Shown: positions 1 to 12,587, numbered from the whole stretch's first letter. The stretch: 62,984 bases of DNA, filler included, from Choristocarpus tenellus KU-1152 (GCA_964200185.2; 9 parts of 9 records of this genome joined end to end with filler, not necessarily neighbours in it); one strand, 5' to 3'. Program-made: numbers and translations. The notes: generated from the sequence alone by a model not told the origin.

Positions 1-19
1 GCTCTCTACAGGGCCGAGC

Positions 20-142
20 GATCCTTGATTGTTGATCCTTGATTGTTGATCCTTGATTGTTGATCCTTGATTGTTGATCCTTGATTGTTGATCCTTGATT
101 GTTGATCCTTGATTGTTGATCCTTGATTGTTGATCCTTGATT
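20..142. repeat. 14-bp minisatellite (GATCCTTGATTGTT) x ~8.5
   Basis: Near-perfect tandem copies visible directly. Confidence 0.95.
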
Positions 143-305
143 CTTGTTTGTTGTGCTTGTTTTGGTGAAGATGGTGCTGTTATTGTTGTTGCAAGTTTGG
201 TGATGTTTTACAGACCTCTTCTTGCTGGTCAACAATTCTTGTTTGGCCTGTGACGTCTCCCACTATTGAAATGCCTTGTCAGTGCTGTGGTGTGAATGGG
301 ATTTA

Positions 306-384
306 ATTGTGATTGTTATTATTGTGATTGTTATTATTGTGATTGTTATTATTGTGATTGTTATTATTATTATTATTATTATTG
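306..384. repeat. ATT/ATTGTG low-complexity microsatellite
   Basis: (ATTGTGATTGTTATT)n grading into (ATT)n; explains the spurious poly-Ile ORF 263..463. Confidence 0.9.
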
Positions 385-1454
385 TTTTTGGTGTTGCCAT
401 TTTTTTTTTGGTGTATCCTATGCCCTTCTCAAGATAAAGTTTAGGTAGACCCTTTTTTTTCAATTATTGATGGAACTAAATTTTGTGAATCTTTGCTGAA
501 AAGTTTGGAAGCATTAAATTGCATTAAATAGCATTAAATAACCCTAACCCTAACCCTAACCCTAAATAGCATACGCCTGTCCGAAGTTATTGCATTTGGG
601 GGGTAGTGCATTTTGGTTTTGAAGTTTATGTATATATATAGGGTTAGAGTTGCTAAACTATAACAGTATACTTTATTTCATAAGCTATGCCCACCACAGG
701 AGCGTTTAGACTTTGTTAATGCAAGTTTGGCATCTATAGACCCATCAGCAACAGGAAAATTTTCTCTTTTTTGTGTCATGTTATTTTTGTTATTTTTGGG
801 CATGAAGGGTTAGGGTTAGGGTTATTTTAATGACTTATTTTACTTCTTATACACTCTCAAGTTTTTTTGGACAACTTAATTCTTGTATACATCGGAGGGG
901 TTAGGGTTAGAGTTAAGGATTTCGTTTTTTTTTTTGAGAACAAGTCCATCCAATGCATGTACAATACTCTGCTGTAGAGTTTGCAAGGCGATCTCCTGCT
1001 CTGAAGGTACAGCACATTCACTCTTGTGAAAGATGTGAGTCAGAGGTTTGCATTTTACAGTGTTGGACGGATTCAGTTATATACCATTTTTGTTACATAC
1101 CATTTTGGATATACCATTTTGGATATACCGTTTAGGGTGTAGACCATTTTGTACCTTGGAAAATGTACACTTAAGTACAGTTAAGTACAGTTAGAGTGTT
1201 GGATACGATAAGGAGGGGTGTTTTACTCTATGAAAGGTGTTTTACTCTATGAAAGGCGTCCATTTGGTGGAGGGAGAGAGGGATGGTTAGGGTTAGGGAG
1301 TTGTGAAGAGTTACAGAGAGCAGAGATAGCAGCAGGGCCTTGGTATTGTTGATTGTGAGATACCCTAACCCTAACCCTAACCCTAAGGGTGACACAACAA
1401 GAGGGTACGTACCCCATAACTACAATGTAAGTGTAACTGTCATTGACTCTCCTT

Positions 1455-1907
1455 CCCTTACATGACATGTCCCATACTAACCCTAACTCGAATCCTAAAC
1501 CCTTAAGTGACATGTCCCATACTAACCCTAACCCTAACCCTAACCCTTTCATGACATGTCCCATACTAACCCTAACTCTAACCCTAACCCTTACATAACA
1601 TCTCCCATACTAACCCTAACCCTTTCATGACATGTCCCATACTAACCCTAACTCTAACCCTAACCCTTTCATGACATGTCCCATACTAACCCTAACTCTA
1701 ACCCTAACCCTTGCATGACATGTCGCATACTAACTCTAACCCTAACCCTTTCATGACATGTCCCATACTAACCCTAACTCTAACCCTAAACCCTTTCATG
1801 ACATGTCCCATACTAACTCTAACTCTAACCCTAACCCTAACCCTTACATGACATGTCCCATACTAACTCTAACCCTAAGCCTAACCCTAACCCTAACCCT
1901 AACCCTA
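1455..1907. repeat. Composite minisatellite: CATGACATGTCCCATA core x10, each followed by a variable CCCTAA/CTCTAA tract
   Basis: Cores near 1461, 1507, 1550, 1594, 1626, 1670, 1714, 1752, 1797 and 1847, separated by telomere-type hexamer tracts of differing length. Confidence 0.95.
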
Positions 1908-2214
1908 ATAACGGGACATCTATGAGACTCTTTTATGTCTAACCTCTCTGTTGTACACATGCATGGTGTGAGCTGGCTGACCACTTCTAGTTTATGTATT
2001 GATAGTGATTGCTCTGGATGTGAGAGAGATATCTATACTATACTATATATCTATACTATACTATATACTAACCCTAACCCTAACCCTAGCCCTATACTGT
2101 GGTCGTATATAGTGTTAGGGTTAGGGATAGTTGATCATCATGATGGCATCACTTGACTCCCTTTTATAATTTCCAACAAGACTGACCCTAACCCAATCCC
2201 TAAACCTAATCCAG

Positions 2215-4749
2215 GTGCTAACTGATGTGACAAGCTCTTGTGTGATTAGTCAGATCCTTGAGGTGCTCTTGGTTAGGCTTGGGCTGTACTTGCTACAGAG
2301 TCCTGCTGTTGCACTTGATTTATTTGCATATACAGGATACAAGTGAGTATTTTCTGACAGTTAGCTCTAGAGCTGCATGGATCAATAAAATGATGTAGTA
2401 GATGAACTTCCCTTTGTGCTGCATTCCTAACCCTAACTCTAACCCTACAATGATGTAGTAGTTAAACTGGTCCTAGCCCCAACCCTAGCCTTACTGAGGG
2501 TAAGCCGAAATTTCCTCTAAACATATCCCTAACCCTAATCCTAACCCTAACCCTAGAATCTCATGAGCGCTAACTTCGTGAACTATTATTGAAACCCTAG
2601 CCCAAACTCTGAGCCAAACTGAGTCTTATCTTAGCCAGCATAAGCTCTAGAGAAACATTATCTTGACTTGACATTTTTGTACCCTACGAAAACACTCTAA
2701 CCCTATCACTACATGGCCTATAGTATTGATAGTCTATACCTATATTCACTACAGCAGTGATACTTGAATAAAGAGTAACGGTAATATTTGTACACATAGA
2801 AAGTAATAGTAATATTTATACACATGAAAAGTAACAGCAATATTTATATGCCAATAGAAAGTAATAGTAATATTTATATTCATACAAAGTAATAATAATA
2901 TTTGTATACATATAAAGTAATAGTAATATTTATATGCCAATACTTGAAAATATGTAAAAATAACTAGAAATGTCCATCCCCCAAAGAGGGGATGTGAGGT
3001 GTTGTGTCTTTATGAAAATTATTGACTTTTTTCTTACAACATATAATATACATATATAATATACATACAGCTTGTTCTTACGGGTTTATTTGTGAATACT
3101 ATTAACACTGAATATACCATAACCAATTTATCAACATTAGTGTGTGGTATTGTGTATTATGCATGTATGATCTTTACTATTTGGGGTTAGGGATATGATC
3201 TTTGTTATTTAGGGATAGGGTTATGATCTTTGCTGTGGAGTGCACACTGTAGATCTCTCCCCCTCTCAAACTTGAATATTGTTATTATTATTATTATTAT
3301 TGTTGTTGTTGTACCACAAATATGAGAACCTTTGATGCTACTTCAATTGTATCGAATTAGGGTTAGGTTTATAGAGTTAGAGTTAGGGTTAGAGTTAATT
3401 ATCATGATGTGATAATGTGATGCCATACAGCACACCAACCTTGGGTTTGTTACTAGAGATTTGGAATTTTCTGGATAAATTGATTGCCCACCTTTAAAAA
3501 TAACAGTAAAATAACAGTAAAATATCAGGTCTTATTTTTGGCATTGGAGGGGAAGGGAACGCTGCATTGTGAGCATCTCCTCTTGGCTTTTTGTGTTGAG
3601 CTATTTTAATGTGGCTATGTGCTATTGGTTGATTTTATTGCTTGTATGACTTACACCCGATCATGTTACTGCTATTATTACTATCATTGTTATACCTATT
3701 GTTATTTTATATGTTACTTATTTTTATATTTGTTATTTCTTTCTTGTAATATTTTTTGTTATCTACATATTTTTTTCATCAATAATATTATTACTTTATT
3801 TGAATTATTATTATTACAATTTATTTGTATTGTGTGTGGAAGGTTTTAAAACAGCGTAAAGGAGTTTCTAGAGATGTAGGCAAACATTTTTACACACCCC
3901 CACACTGGTTGCAAGGCAGTATGATAATTTGATCTAGTCATAACCCTAATCCAAATTTTAACCCTAACCCTACAAAATACAGCATATTATAATATAACAT
4001 CATGCGTGACAAAGCAACTCTATCCCTAATCCTAACCTGATAAAATTCCCAGTATTGAGTTAAATGAAGGTGAGGTTAGTTAATGCTAGTTAGTTAGGTT
4101 TAGTGTTAATGCTCTTCTGTAAATTAGGGTTAGGGTTAGGGTTAGGGTTCTTTTTTTAACCCTTCAGACTAGCTGTCGTACTCCACTAACCCTAACCCTA
4201 ACCCTAACCTTTTAAGGTTCTGATTTTGGAATGGTGCCAGAGAAGTTGTTAAGATGAACCTATCCTTAACCCTAAGCCGTTAATAATAAAATGATCCCTA
4301 ACCCTAACCCTAATACAATAACCCGTAAGGTGACCTAGTGTGACCTACTGTGAGCTTCTCTGATGATATTCAATAATATTGATTTCATTGTTGTAAATGT
4401 GATGCCCTAAACCTAACCCTGCACAACCTGTAAGATATGTAATATACTATTGATAGGTACTTTGTAATGTAGTAGTATATAGTACGATAATATATATATA
4501 GGTGTATGTTATATTAGGATAACCCCAGCCCTAACCCTAACCCTAACCCTAACCCCCAAATCTGTAATACGATGGGGTTGCAATAGTGATTGAAAGTTGT
4601 GATGAACAATTTTTATTTTTAATTTATTTTATTTTATGTTTATCAGGTATGTCGGTCTCTGCATCATCACAGCATTTGGTGTCTGGGCTGGAAGGACTGC
4701 GTACTACATCTCACTCTTGTGGATGGGGACTATGACTTCATTCTTTATG
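2215..4749 (+). CDS. YIF1: YIF1 / Yip1-interacting factor family membrane protein, two internal exons (partial)
   Basis: Exon 2215-2342 (VLTDVTSSCVISQILEVLLVRLGLYLLQSPAVALDLFAYTGYK, donor gtgagt) joins in phase 2 to exon 4647-4749 (YVGLCIITAFGVWAGRTAYYISLLWMGTMTSFFM). LDLFAYTGYKYVG matches the YIF1 LDLxAYxGYKYVG motif. The second exon probably ends at a GC donor. Confidence 0.85.
2768..2938. repeat. Degenerate ~29-bp AT-rich tandem repeat (AAAGTAATAGTAATATTTATA...)
   Basis: About six diverged copies visible. Confidence 0.8.
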
Positions 4750-5052
4750 GCAAGCAAGCCCTCAATCTTCCAGTATCTCTCCTTCACAATAGGCCAGGGA
4801 GTGTACCATGTGTATTTAGGTATCTGTGGGTTGGTGGTTGGGTGTATCTGCTTTTCATGGATCCAACCATGACAATCACTAATCAATCTATATTTTAGTG
4901 TATGATCAATTTACTGTCTGGTTGTTTTCACTAATCAAAACCTGTGTTCAATGTGTGATCAATCACTGTCTGGTTGTTTTCACTAATCAGTAACTATTGG
5001 ATTGTTTGTGTTCTTTTTGAATCAATGTGACTTATCGTTGTTGATATTTTGT

Positions 5053-5265
5053 TTGCAAATCATTGATAAATTGATATATGGATATATTGATATTTCGCAA
5101 ATCATTGATACATTCATATATGGATATATTGATATTTCGCAAATCAATGATACAATGATGTATGGATATATTGATATTTTGCAAATCATTGATAAATTGA
5201 TGTATGGATATATTGATATTTTGCAAATCATTGATACATTGATATATGGATATATTGATATTTCG
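5053..5265. repeat. 42-bp minisatellite x5
   Basis: Unit GCAAATCATTGATACATTGATATATGGATATATTGATATTTT; source of the repetitive ORFs at 5002-5337. Confidence 0.92.
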
Positions 5266-5916
5266 CTCTTTGTTGTTGCTGTTATTGTTAGTCACTACGT
5301 TAACTATTTCAATACATTAGATCTTTCACCACATTAACTATTTCACTACATTAGATCTTTCACCACATTAACTATTGCATTACATTGACGCCTTGCTTTT
5401 TGTTCCCAATTTGTGGTATGATTCTACCTTGAATACCTTGAATACCTTGAATGACCAGTTCAAGACCATGGCCCACACGGTTCCGATCACTGCTGGAGCA
5501 TCCTCCTCACGAGAAATCATGATACTTGGGTGAGCAATAGAGCCAGTGTACAATGGAGCCAGTGTGATGGTGTTTTGCCACTTGCAGTACATGATTGGGT
5601 TGTGGGGGATCATTAATTGCGTGTGTGGCAGTGGAGGTTCAGATGTCCAATTGAGGGTTATTTTATTTTTTAAATGTTCTACCAATATTATTTTTTTGTG
5701 ACTGGTTTGTCACTGATACTGTTTTAGAGTACACTATGATGGTGGTAGTGTTACCACTCTTGAGTACTTGTTTATTGTTCGTCGTCTAAATGGCTCCAAT
5801 TTTCGATTATCAGCTATTTTTCTTTGATTTTCCTTTGCAGGTAAGTCCCACATTTTTCGTGTGAGTCACCACTATTTTGTTGGGAGAGGTCTAATATGAT
5901 TTGTTTTAGTAGCTTG

Positions 5917-6094
5917 AATTGTTCTGTATGAACAATAAGTGAATTATTCTATGTGAACAATGAGTGAATTGTTCTATGTGAACAATAAGTGAATTATTCT
6001 ATGTGAACAATGAGTGAATTATTCTATGTGAACAATGAGTGAATTGTTCTATGTGAACAATAAGTGAATTATTCTATGTGAACAATAAGTGAAT
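5917..6094. repeat. 25-bp minisatellite x7
   Basis: Unit GAACAATRAGTGAATTRTTCTATGT in tandem. Confidence 0.93.
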
Positions 6095-7791
6095 CACAGA
6101 ACTCTTTCGGTCATTATTAATTCCACAGAGGAGAGTAGACACTCTAGTTAACAGTACAGTATGACCATGGAAGAAACCATTGAACCTTGCGTTGGATTAG
6201 GGTTAGGGTTAGGTTTCGCTGTCAGCAATAGTAGGAGTTGTTCCTACCCTCTTACCTTTCCAAATTTAGGCAACAGGGATCTCCAATTACTCATAAGAGT
6301 CCTAATGATGACATAGTTAGGTATGGTTTTGTAAACACTAAATGCGTGTTTTGTACTGAGTGAAGTATGGATAGGTTTAGGGTTGTATGGGCTATCATAT
6401 CCCATCAAATAATGTTGTTATGATGTCCCCTACCCCTTCTGTCTTTCTACCTTATCACTGCTGCTGTTACTGGCATGAAACCTTGCTCTATTCAGGTCTC
6501 CTTGTCTGTAACATGAATGATTTCATTTGGAAAGTTTGTGAGTTTGACAGTAAATTGTAGTATGTGACAGCCCTGGACAGGCCCTGTCAGAAACAATTTA
6601 CCATTGGCACTTTCCTGGCATAATGGTAGGTCTAGAAGAGGATAGTGCATGGCATGGTGTAGGGCAGTAGAGTATTTAAGACCTTTTTAGTTACACCTTG
6701 CACTATCAATTGCTGCAATCTATGTCTTCCTAAATGTCCTACCGTCCCACCAATCAGTCACATACAAATCGTATCTCCCGATTTTTTTCTTGTTTAGTGA
6801 TTGGTTAGTTAATCCTAATGTCTTTTTTTGTTTTTATCTCCATTTATTGCTGCCCTTTTGTTGCTCTACCATTCGCTCTTGTTGGACTTCTTGGAAAAGG
6901 TTTGGTGCCTTACAATTCCTTAGCATGTGGTGGCTTGGACACTCCAGTTGACCTTAGCTGAGAGATCGGAATTGGTGTTCATGCTCTGACGACCCAGCAA
7001 TGCATGCTACGAGTGATCGGATGAAGTGATTGTGTTGCAGTTGTCCACTCTCCTGATGGACGCTGTTGCTGAATAGGGGGAAAGCAGTGCTTGTCTGTGT
7101 TGCTTGTCTGTGTGCATTATGTAATGTAGAATGGAGTAGGACAGTGGTTGTGGTTGCAACATATATTTCTTTTTTGATGACTCGGTAGATCGTATCAGCT
7201 TTTTTGTTGGTTTTATGTGATTCATCAAGGGTTAGGGTTAGGGTTACAAGAGGGCATGAGACTTCTTGGTGTGGTGCAACTATACTGGTGGGTAACCCAT
7301 CTTTCTAAGACATGCTTTTTTGGTATGTCACGAGCTATTAAAGGTGTAGTGAATGCAAGCAGTCAGGGCTTAATCTTATTGAAATGTGTCTTGACTCTTT
7401 TTCCTTTGTACTGAGGAGTGGAGTGCATTTGATTGGAGGCGTTGTCTACAGCTATTTTAGCAGTTCAATTTTGGCATTCTCAAGTGTACTACTGGGCAAT
7501 ACATGGGCGGATATCTGTAGCGTTTGCAATGTCAAACTGCACTTTACACAGGATCGGATTCATCCTCTTATTGGGGGTGTTGGATATCGCATCTGCTTCC
7601 CTTCAATGTCACAATTCTCACTTTCTAAAATGCGAGTGTAATACATCTCATTGCGTGTATTACATGATGACTTAGGGTTAGGGTTAGACTCCATACTGAG
7701 AAATGAGGTACCTTTTCCACGTTGAAGGAGTTGCAAGTTGTACTAACTAGAGTGGACAAAAAAGGCACACAGATGGTATATGCCACCCACA

Positions 7792-7891
7792 ACAAGGAGC
7801 CTCCAGTTCCTCTCCCCCATACCGTGTATGCAGGTAGCTCATTTAGGGAACTTTCCGCTTGCTTACCGAGGCGCCCAAAAATTTCCACCAC
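7792..7891 (-). mobile_element. Degenerate fragment of CRE-like non-LTR retrotransposon ORF C-terminus
   Basis: Translates VVEIFGRLGKQAESSLNELPAYTVWGRGTGGS. It resembles the (L)AVESFGRLG..L.E/QLA..VGG segment after the restriction-like endonuclease motif, and parallels FLDELATHMVGGRGTEG in the neighbouring copy. Confidence 0.55.
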
Positions 7892-7913
7892 ATTGTTACT
7901 ATCTATAATATAT

Positions 7914-8332
7914 ATTATTATGCCCTCTGACATTTTGTAGACGTGTCAGGGGGGAAACAAATGAAAACTATACGTATGTCAGTATAAGCCCTAAAGAAAC
8001 AAAATATCATAAATGTGAAAAACACTAATCCATTTGTTACTTCACTACTATCAATGCTGTACTACTGCCTTCTTGTACCTCTAATCTACCTACTCCTGCA
8101 CCCCAGGGGGAGGAGCTAGGCAGGTATCCCAAGAATCCAATAAATCCTTCTGTGCCCGTCTCCCTGGTGACCCTAGCTTAAAACGCATGACATGTCTAGA
8201 CAGAGCCACTTGCGTATTCACTGAGACAGTTTGGCGTAGCCGGGATTTGACTACTCCTTTCCTGCTAAATCCTTCAGTTCCTCTCCCCCCCACCATGTGA
8301 GTAGCCAGCTCATCCAGGAAGCATTCCACTTG
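7914..8332 (-). mobile_element. 3' end (ORF C-terminus + 3' UTR + ATA/TAA tail) of CRE-like non-LTR retrotransposon
   Basis: ORF end ECFLDELATHMVGGRGTEGFSRKGVVKSRLRQTVSVNTQVALSRHVMRFKL... (stop 8090), then a ~175-nt UTR ending GAGGGCATAATAAT. The UTR recurs at 20394-20572 and 46448-46532. Clade assignment is from recalled motif similarity. Confidence 0.65.
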
Positions 8333-8432
8333 NNNNNNNNNNNNNNNNNNNNNNNNNNNNNNNNNNNNNNNNNNNNTTAATTAATTAANNNNNNNNNNNN
8401 NNNNNNNNNNNNNNNNNNNNNNNNNNNNNNNN
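8333..8432. other. Artificial contig linker
   Basis: 44 N + TTAATTAATTAA (stops in all six frames) + 44 N. Confidence 0.99.
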
Positions 8433-9095
8433 CCGCCCCCCGCCCCTCCTCCCCTTTTTTAACCTGACCGCTTTCTATCTGGTGCGGAAATTTTGTGACA
8501 ATTCCAAGCAAGAAAAAAAGGAATATTATTTGGAAAAGGGTGACGATATTTCGAATGATGATCTTTTGTTCACGAACTCATCTTGTTGTAGTCTTTGTGA
8601 TTGGAGTTGATGAAATGAGGGCTCATTTTGTTGGCAGTTGAGGCAGCGGAAGCGCAACAAATGCAAGATACCATGGACGTTATTTAGGGTACACCTTAAA
8701 CTGTCAGTGATAAAAACTGTATAATGGTGTACCCTTCCACGGATCCCTTACTTTGAACAGCAAGAAAAAATTGGGATTTGCTGGATGTAGTAGGCGACCC
8801 TCCCCTCCCCCCCCTGAAAAAAAATAGCTCTTGTTTATTTTGCTGACCCTTTTCTTACTGCATCTGTCGTACTACCTTTTTTTTTGTCCTGATGAGTATC
8901 GTTTTCTCCTGTTTCCAACATCCTCTTGTAGTAGACAACGCACCACTACACAAAAGTACCTGTGATTGCTCTATGATTTTGAGATTGCCTCTAGTTGGGA
9001 AATGCTACAGGGGCCTGTGTGTGATACGAACAAAAACATATCGTTGATCTGCCTGACATTGATACTTAATTGTACCATATCCTGTTTTTCCTTCT

Positions 9096-9100
<5 letters not shown>

Positions 9101-9133
<33 letters not shown>
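9101..9133. repeat. (GT)n microsatellite
   Basis: Perfect dinucleotide run. Confidence 0.95.
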
Positions 9134-9136
<3 letters not shown>

Positions 9137-9580
9137 CCTTGAGACTTTCCATTGGGGTTTTTTTTGCACTTACTTGAATCGTGTGGAAAGTTCATTGCGC
9201 CGTGTTTTGACGCGCTGATTTGAATGGAGTGCTTTTGCACCCCTTCAAATCTCAAAAATGGATCCATTATCAAGTGTTGCTTTTTTGTCTTCAACGTTTG
9301 TGGATGGTGGGGGTGACAACCACAGTAGCAGTAAGGTCGTATTCTGAAATCATTTTAATGTGTCACTGGGTAACGTTAGCAGTGGAAGTGTGAACAGAAC
9401 CAGTGGGAACAGGCGCCTTTTTGGAACATTGTCTCGACTGTTCACTTGGTCAGCAAAGCTTCTACTACCATGACAGCAACACAGTTTATTTATATTGGTT
9501 GGAGTTTTGTATTTTGTGCTGAGTCCACCCCCTCTCCATGTCCCATCATGTTGTGTGCTTTGTTGCTTTCCAAACTGAAG

Positions 9581-12500
9581 GCGGAGGAAGAGCTCGACCG
9601 CCTGTCCAAGACAATGAAGTACCAGGAAAAAGGGAAGATCAGGGTGAAAGGTTTGCTAGAGAGCGAAGATGCGTGAGACACGCACACACGCACACACACA
9701 CATACGCACGCACGCACTACATCTGGGCAGGGAGGAGCTTATTGTTAGCAAGGCAATCCAGTCTCTCTTACAATGTTTGTTCCCTTTGAATATGTTCTTT
9801 TTAACAGACCTGTAGGGTGTATTCCTAAGATCCTCTTGTGGTGTTTACAGAAAATTCTAGTGTGCGAGGAGCAACCGTGCAATGGCAGGGTTGCAAACAT
9901 AAGCCCAGAGCACACCCTCGTCCTCGCGTAGCCTACGTTTGCTTACGATCTCTACTGCAGAGTACTTAGAGAGTGTCTCTAGAGTTGTGTAGCTATCTTA
10001 TAGGTGAGACTGGGATTGTAGAGAAGTTTATAGGTTGTGATAGTGAGTCGTGCTTGGTTATTGCTGACGAGGATTGAATCTATCTGAAACTGTGAGGACC
10101 CATTGCTCTCAAGTAGGTGCGCAGCACTGCTGCCATCCTGAGACACCACTTGACACATTGTGCAACTTGGTCGGCTGTTGGTGATAAAGTGGCTGGCCGC
10201 CAACAAATGCTTATTGTGTGTAACGCCATTTAACTATCATTGAAGTGTTCTGTATGTTCTGTACGTTGTGAGTGGCTGAAAACATATGCATGCAGAAGGA
10301 GTTCATGATTTTGATTTGAAGTATAAATAGAACCCTTTTTACACTGTCATGCAACACACGATGCACAGCAGAGGCTTTATAAATTACTCTGGTGGCGTTG
10401 GTGATGTCAACCGTGTACACAATGGAGTGGTAAATGTTTTGTTATACTTTGTGACTGCACAAGATATACTTTGAAGTATAGTAGTACGCTGTGTGTAAGG
10501 GTACTACTGTATGTCAAGCCATTACCATGCTCCTCTCATTGCTTCGAGTGGACCCAATTCCAATTGCTAAAAACGATGTGTGTCACTTGGAACCTTGATT
10601 GATGCTGCCCATGTACGTGCTATATTGCTGTGGTACCTTCTTCTCAACATGAACCAGGCAGGGTGGGTGAACCGCCAGGTACAACATGGTACTCGTTACA
10701 ATGTTTTGTTGTGCGACGTAACTGCATGTACTCTCATCCATTCCCACCAATATTCTGCAGTAGAGACCCAACCTCAAGCGTTAAGTTCTCTTGCCATTCC
10801 TCACCTTGGTCAACTGTCCTTTTTAATTGTCCCCCTGACTTCGATCAAATAAGATGACAATCTGTGTAGGTACGGCGTGCATTGCTCAATGAACCAATCA
10901 GTCATTGAAGATTTGTAAGACAAGAAACAGAGATCCATTTGCTTACTCCTGAGGATATCGATATGGAGTTGTGGGTTATTGTAGCCACAGTGCCAAACAA
11001 GGGTACAGTTATCAATCAGCCTTATTAAGTGGAATCATGTGATATTTCGGTGAAAGTGCGTATGTCAAAATGCAATGTTCTGCAAATTTCATGCAGGGCA
11101 GATAACATGCTGCACGTTGCATCGAGTCTTTTCCTCTGTGCAAGGTTGTACCCGATTGTAGCATGGCTCAAGACACTCTCCTGCCCACCAACCCCTTCAG
11201 CTGAGGTAATGTAGACGAAATAGATGCCACCACACAACCACACACCTCGGAAAAGGAGGGCAAAAAGTGGATGTGTGCATGTGGTACGCCTTGAACATCA
11301 ACTCCTTTCCAGAAGGGATTTCATGACATTCAAAACTGCCATTATTGTATCTCTTCAACAACACTGGTGTCTTCAATCATGACAGTTCAGTCTGGGTTAG
11401 GGTTATGATTGGGGTAGTATTGAAACATTTTGTTAATAATATTATTAATATCATTATTATTGAGAGTTGTGTCGACTTACTACTCGTAGACGCTTGCACT
11501 ATTTTTTTTTTTAATACGCAAAAAAATGACAATTATGTATTCCCCCGCTCGAAGCGTTCCACAGTAGTTGCATTATTTTTTTTTCAGTTTATCGGACAGC
11601 ACGATCTCAACTGTTTTTATTCCTTTTTATTGCTCTGTTTTTGTTTTGTTTTTAAAAAAAGGTTCTATTGTCGGAAGAAGAGAGGAGGAAGAAGGAAAGG
11701 AACGTGCGGTTGACGGTCTTGGTTTAGGGTTAGGGTCAGCAAACCACTGAAAAAGTTCAGTCATTCCGATATTTCTTTTAAATCATGATACAATCAGAAG
11801 TTTGACTACTGAGCGTATCAGTCTCACAGCCACAACATGCTGTCACACATCCTTACCACTACGTCACTACACATTCCACTGTTCATGGCTTGAGATCTTC
11901 TTGCTGACACCTATACAACAGGCCGTGGATTTTTTTTTTTGCCTCCCACCCAGTGCCACACGCCGTAGTGGACATCGCCTCGCGCAGTGACAGTTGAATC
12001 GAATATATCGATTAATTCCGTTGAAAAAAATGTGTATCCTAGCCATAAATTATTTTGTTCACAGCACAAACTAAGGTGGCATTAATCCTGGAGTAGTAAA
12101 CTTCATGATGAAACAAATCATTGTGTAAAACCAAGGGCAACATGTCACCTTCAACATGAGCCAGCCGCACATGTTAACTAAGACGGATTAGATACAGAAC
12201 ACCTTCAGCAATCTGAAGTATCCTCAAAGCTAGGCATTCAGGAATAATAGGTTTTACAAATAGAGCCTAATAATATTGTGCTGCTTTGTTTTGCTCGAGT
12301 TTGTGCAGTGAGAGGTATTAAACCAAGACGGATGAGATATAGAACGACTTCAACAACCTGAAGTATCCTCAAAGCTACGCATTCAGGAATGAGGTTTTTT
12401 GCTAATAGACCGCAATAATATTGTATTGCTTTGTTTTTCTCGAGGTTGTGCAGAGAAGTATTATACCTCGATTTGTTTGTCGGTGCAGTTTCAAGACGAA

Positions 12501-12587
12501 CTGAAAGAAATGTTGAGCTCCACGAGCACCACTCTATGGAGACAATTATCATTGATCTGGACCTCTCCACCCACCACCTGTCCGTAA
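9581..12587 (+). CDS. Putative 3' exons of an unidentified charged/helical protein
   Basis: Candidate exons with pyrimidine-rich acceptors: 9581-9672 (AEEELDRLSKTMKYQEKGKIRVKGLLESED.., gtgaga), 10870-10914 (gtaaga), 11662-11703 (gtgcgg) and 12489-end. The frame of the later exons is ambiguous and no family was recognised. Confidence 0.35.
12181..12455. repeat. Diverged ~146-bp tandem duplication
   Basis: AGACGGAT..CTGAAGTATCCTCAAAGCTA.GCATTCAGGAAT..CTCGAG.TTGTGCAG occurs twice (12181-12308 and 12327-12453). Confidence 0.85.

Noticed and set aside
1455-1907. CRISPR-like repeat-spacer appearance
   Set aside because: Spacers are telomeric hexamers rather than unique sequence; eukaryotic context with no cas genes.
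539-4555. True chromosome end
   Set aside because: Tracts are short, in both orientations and interleaved with YIF1 exons; no long terminal array.
5002-5337. Repetitive ORFs on both strands
   Set aside because: Arise from the 42-bp minisatellite.
8333-8432. Recurrent TTAATTAATTAA motif between N runs (8 times)
   Set aside because: Identical 100-nt six-frame-stop linker; an assembly artefact.
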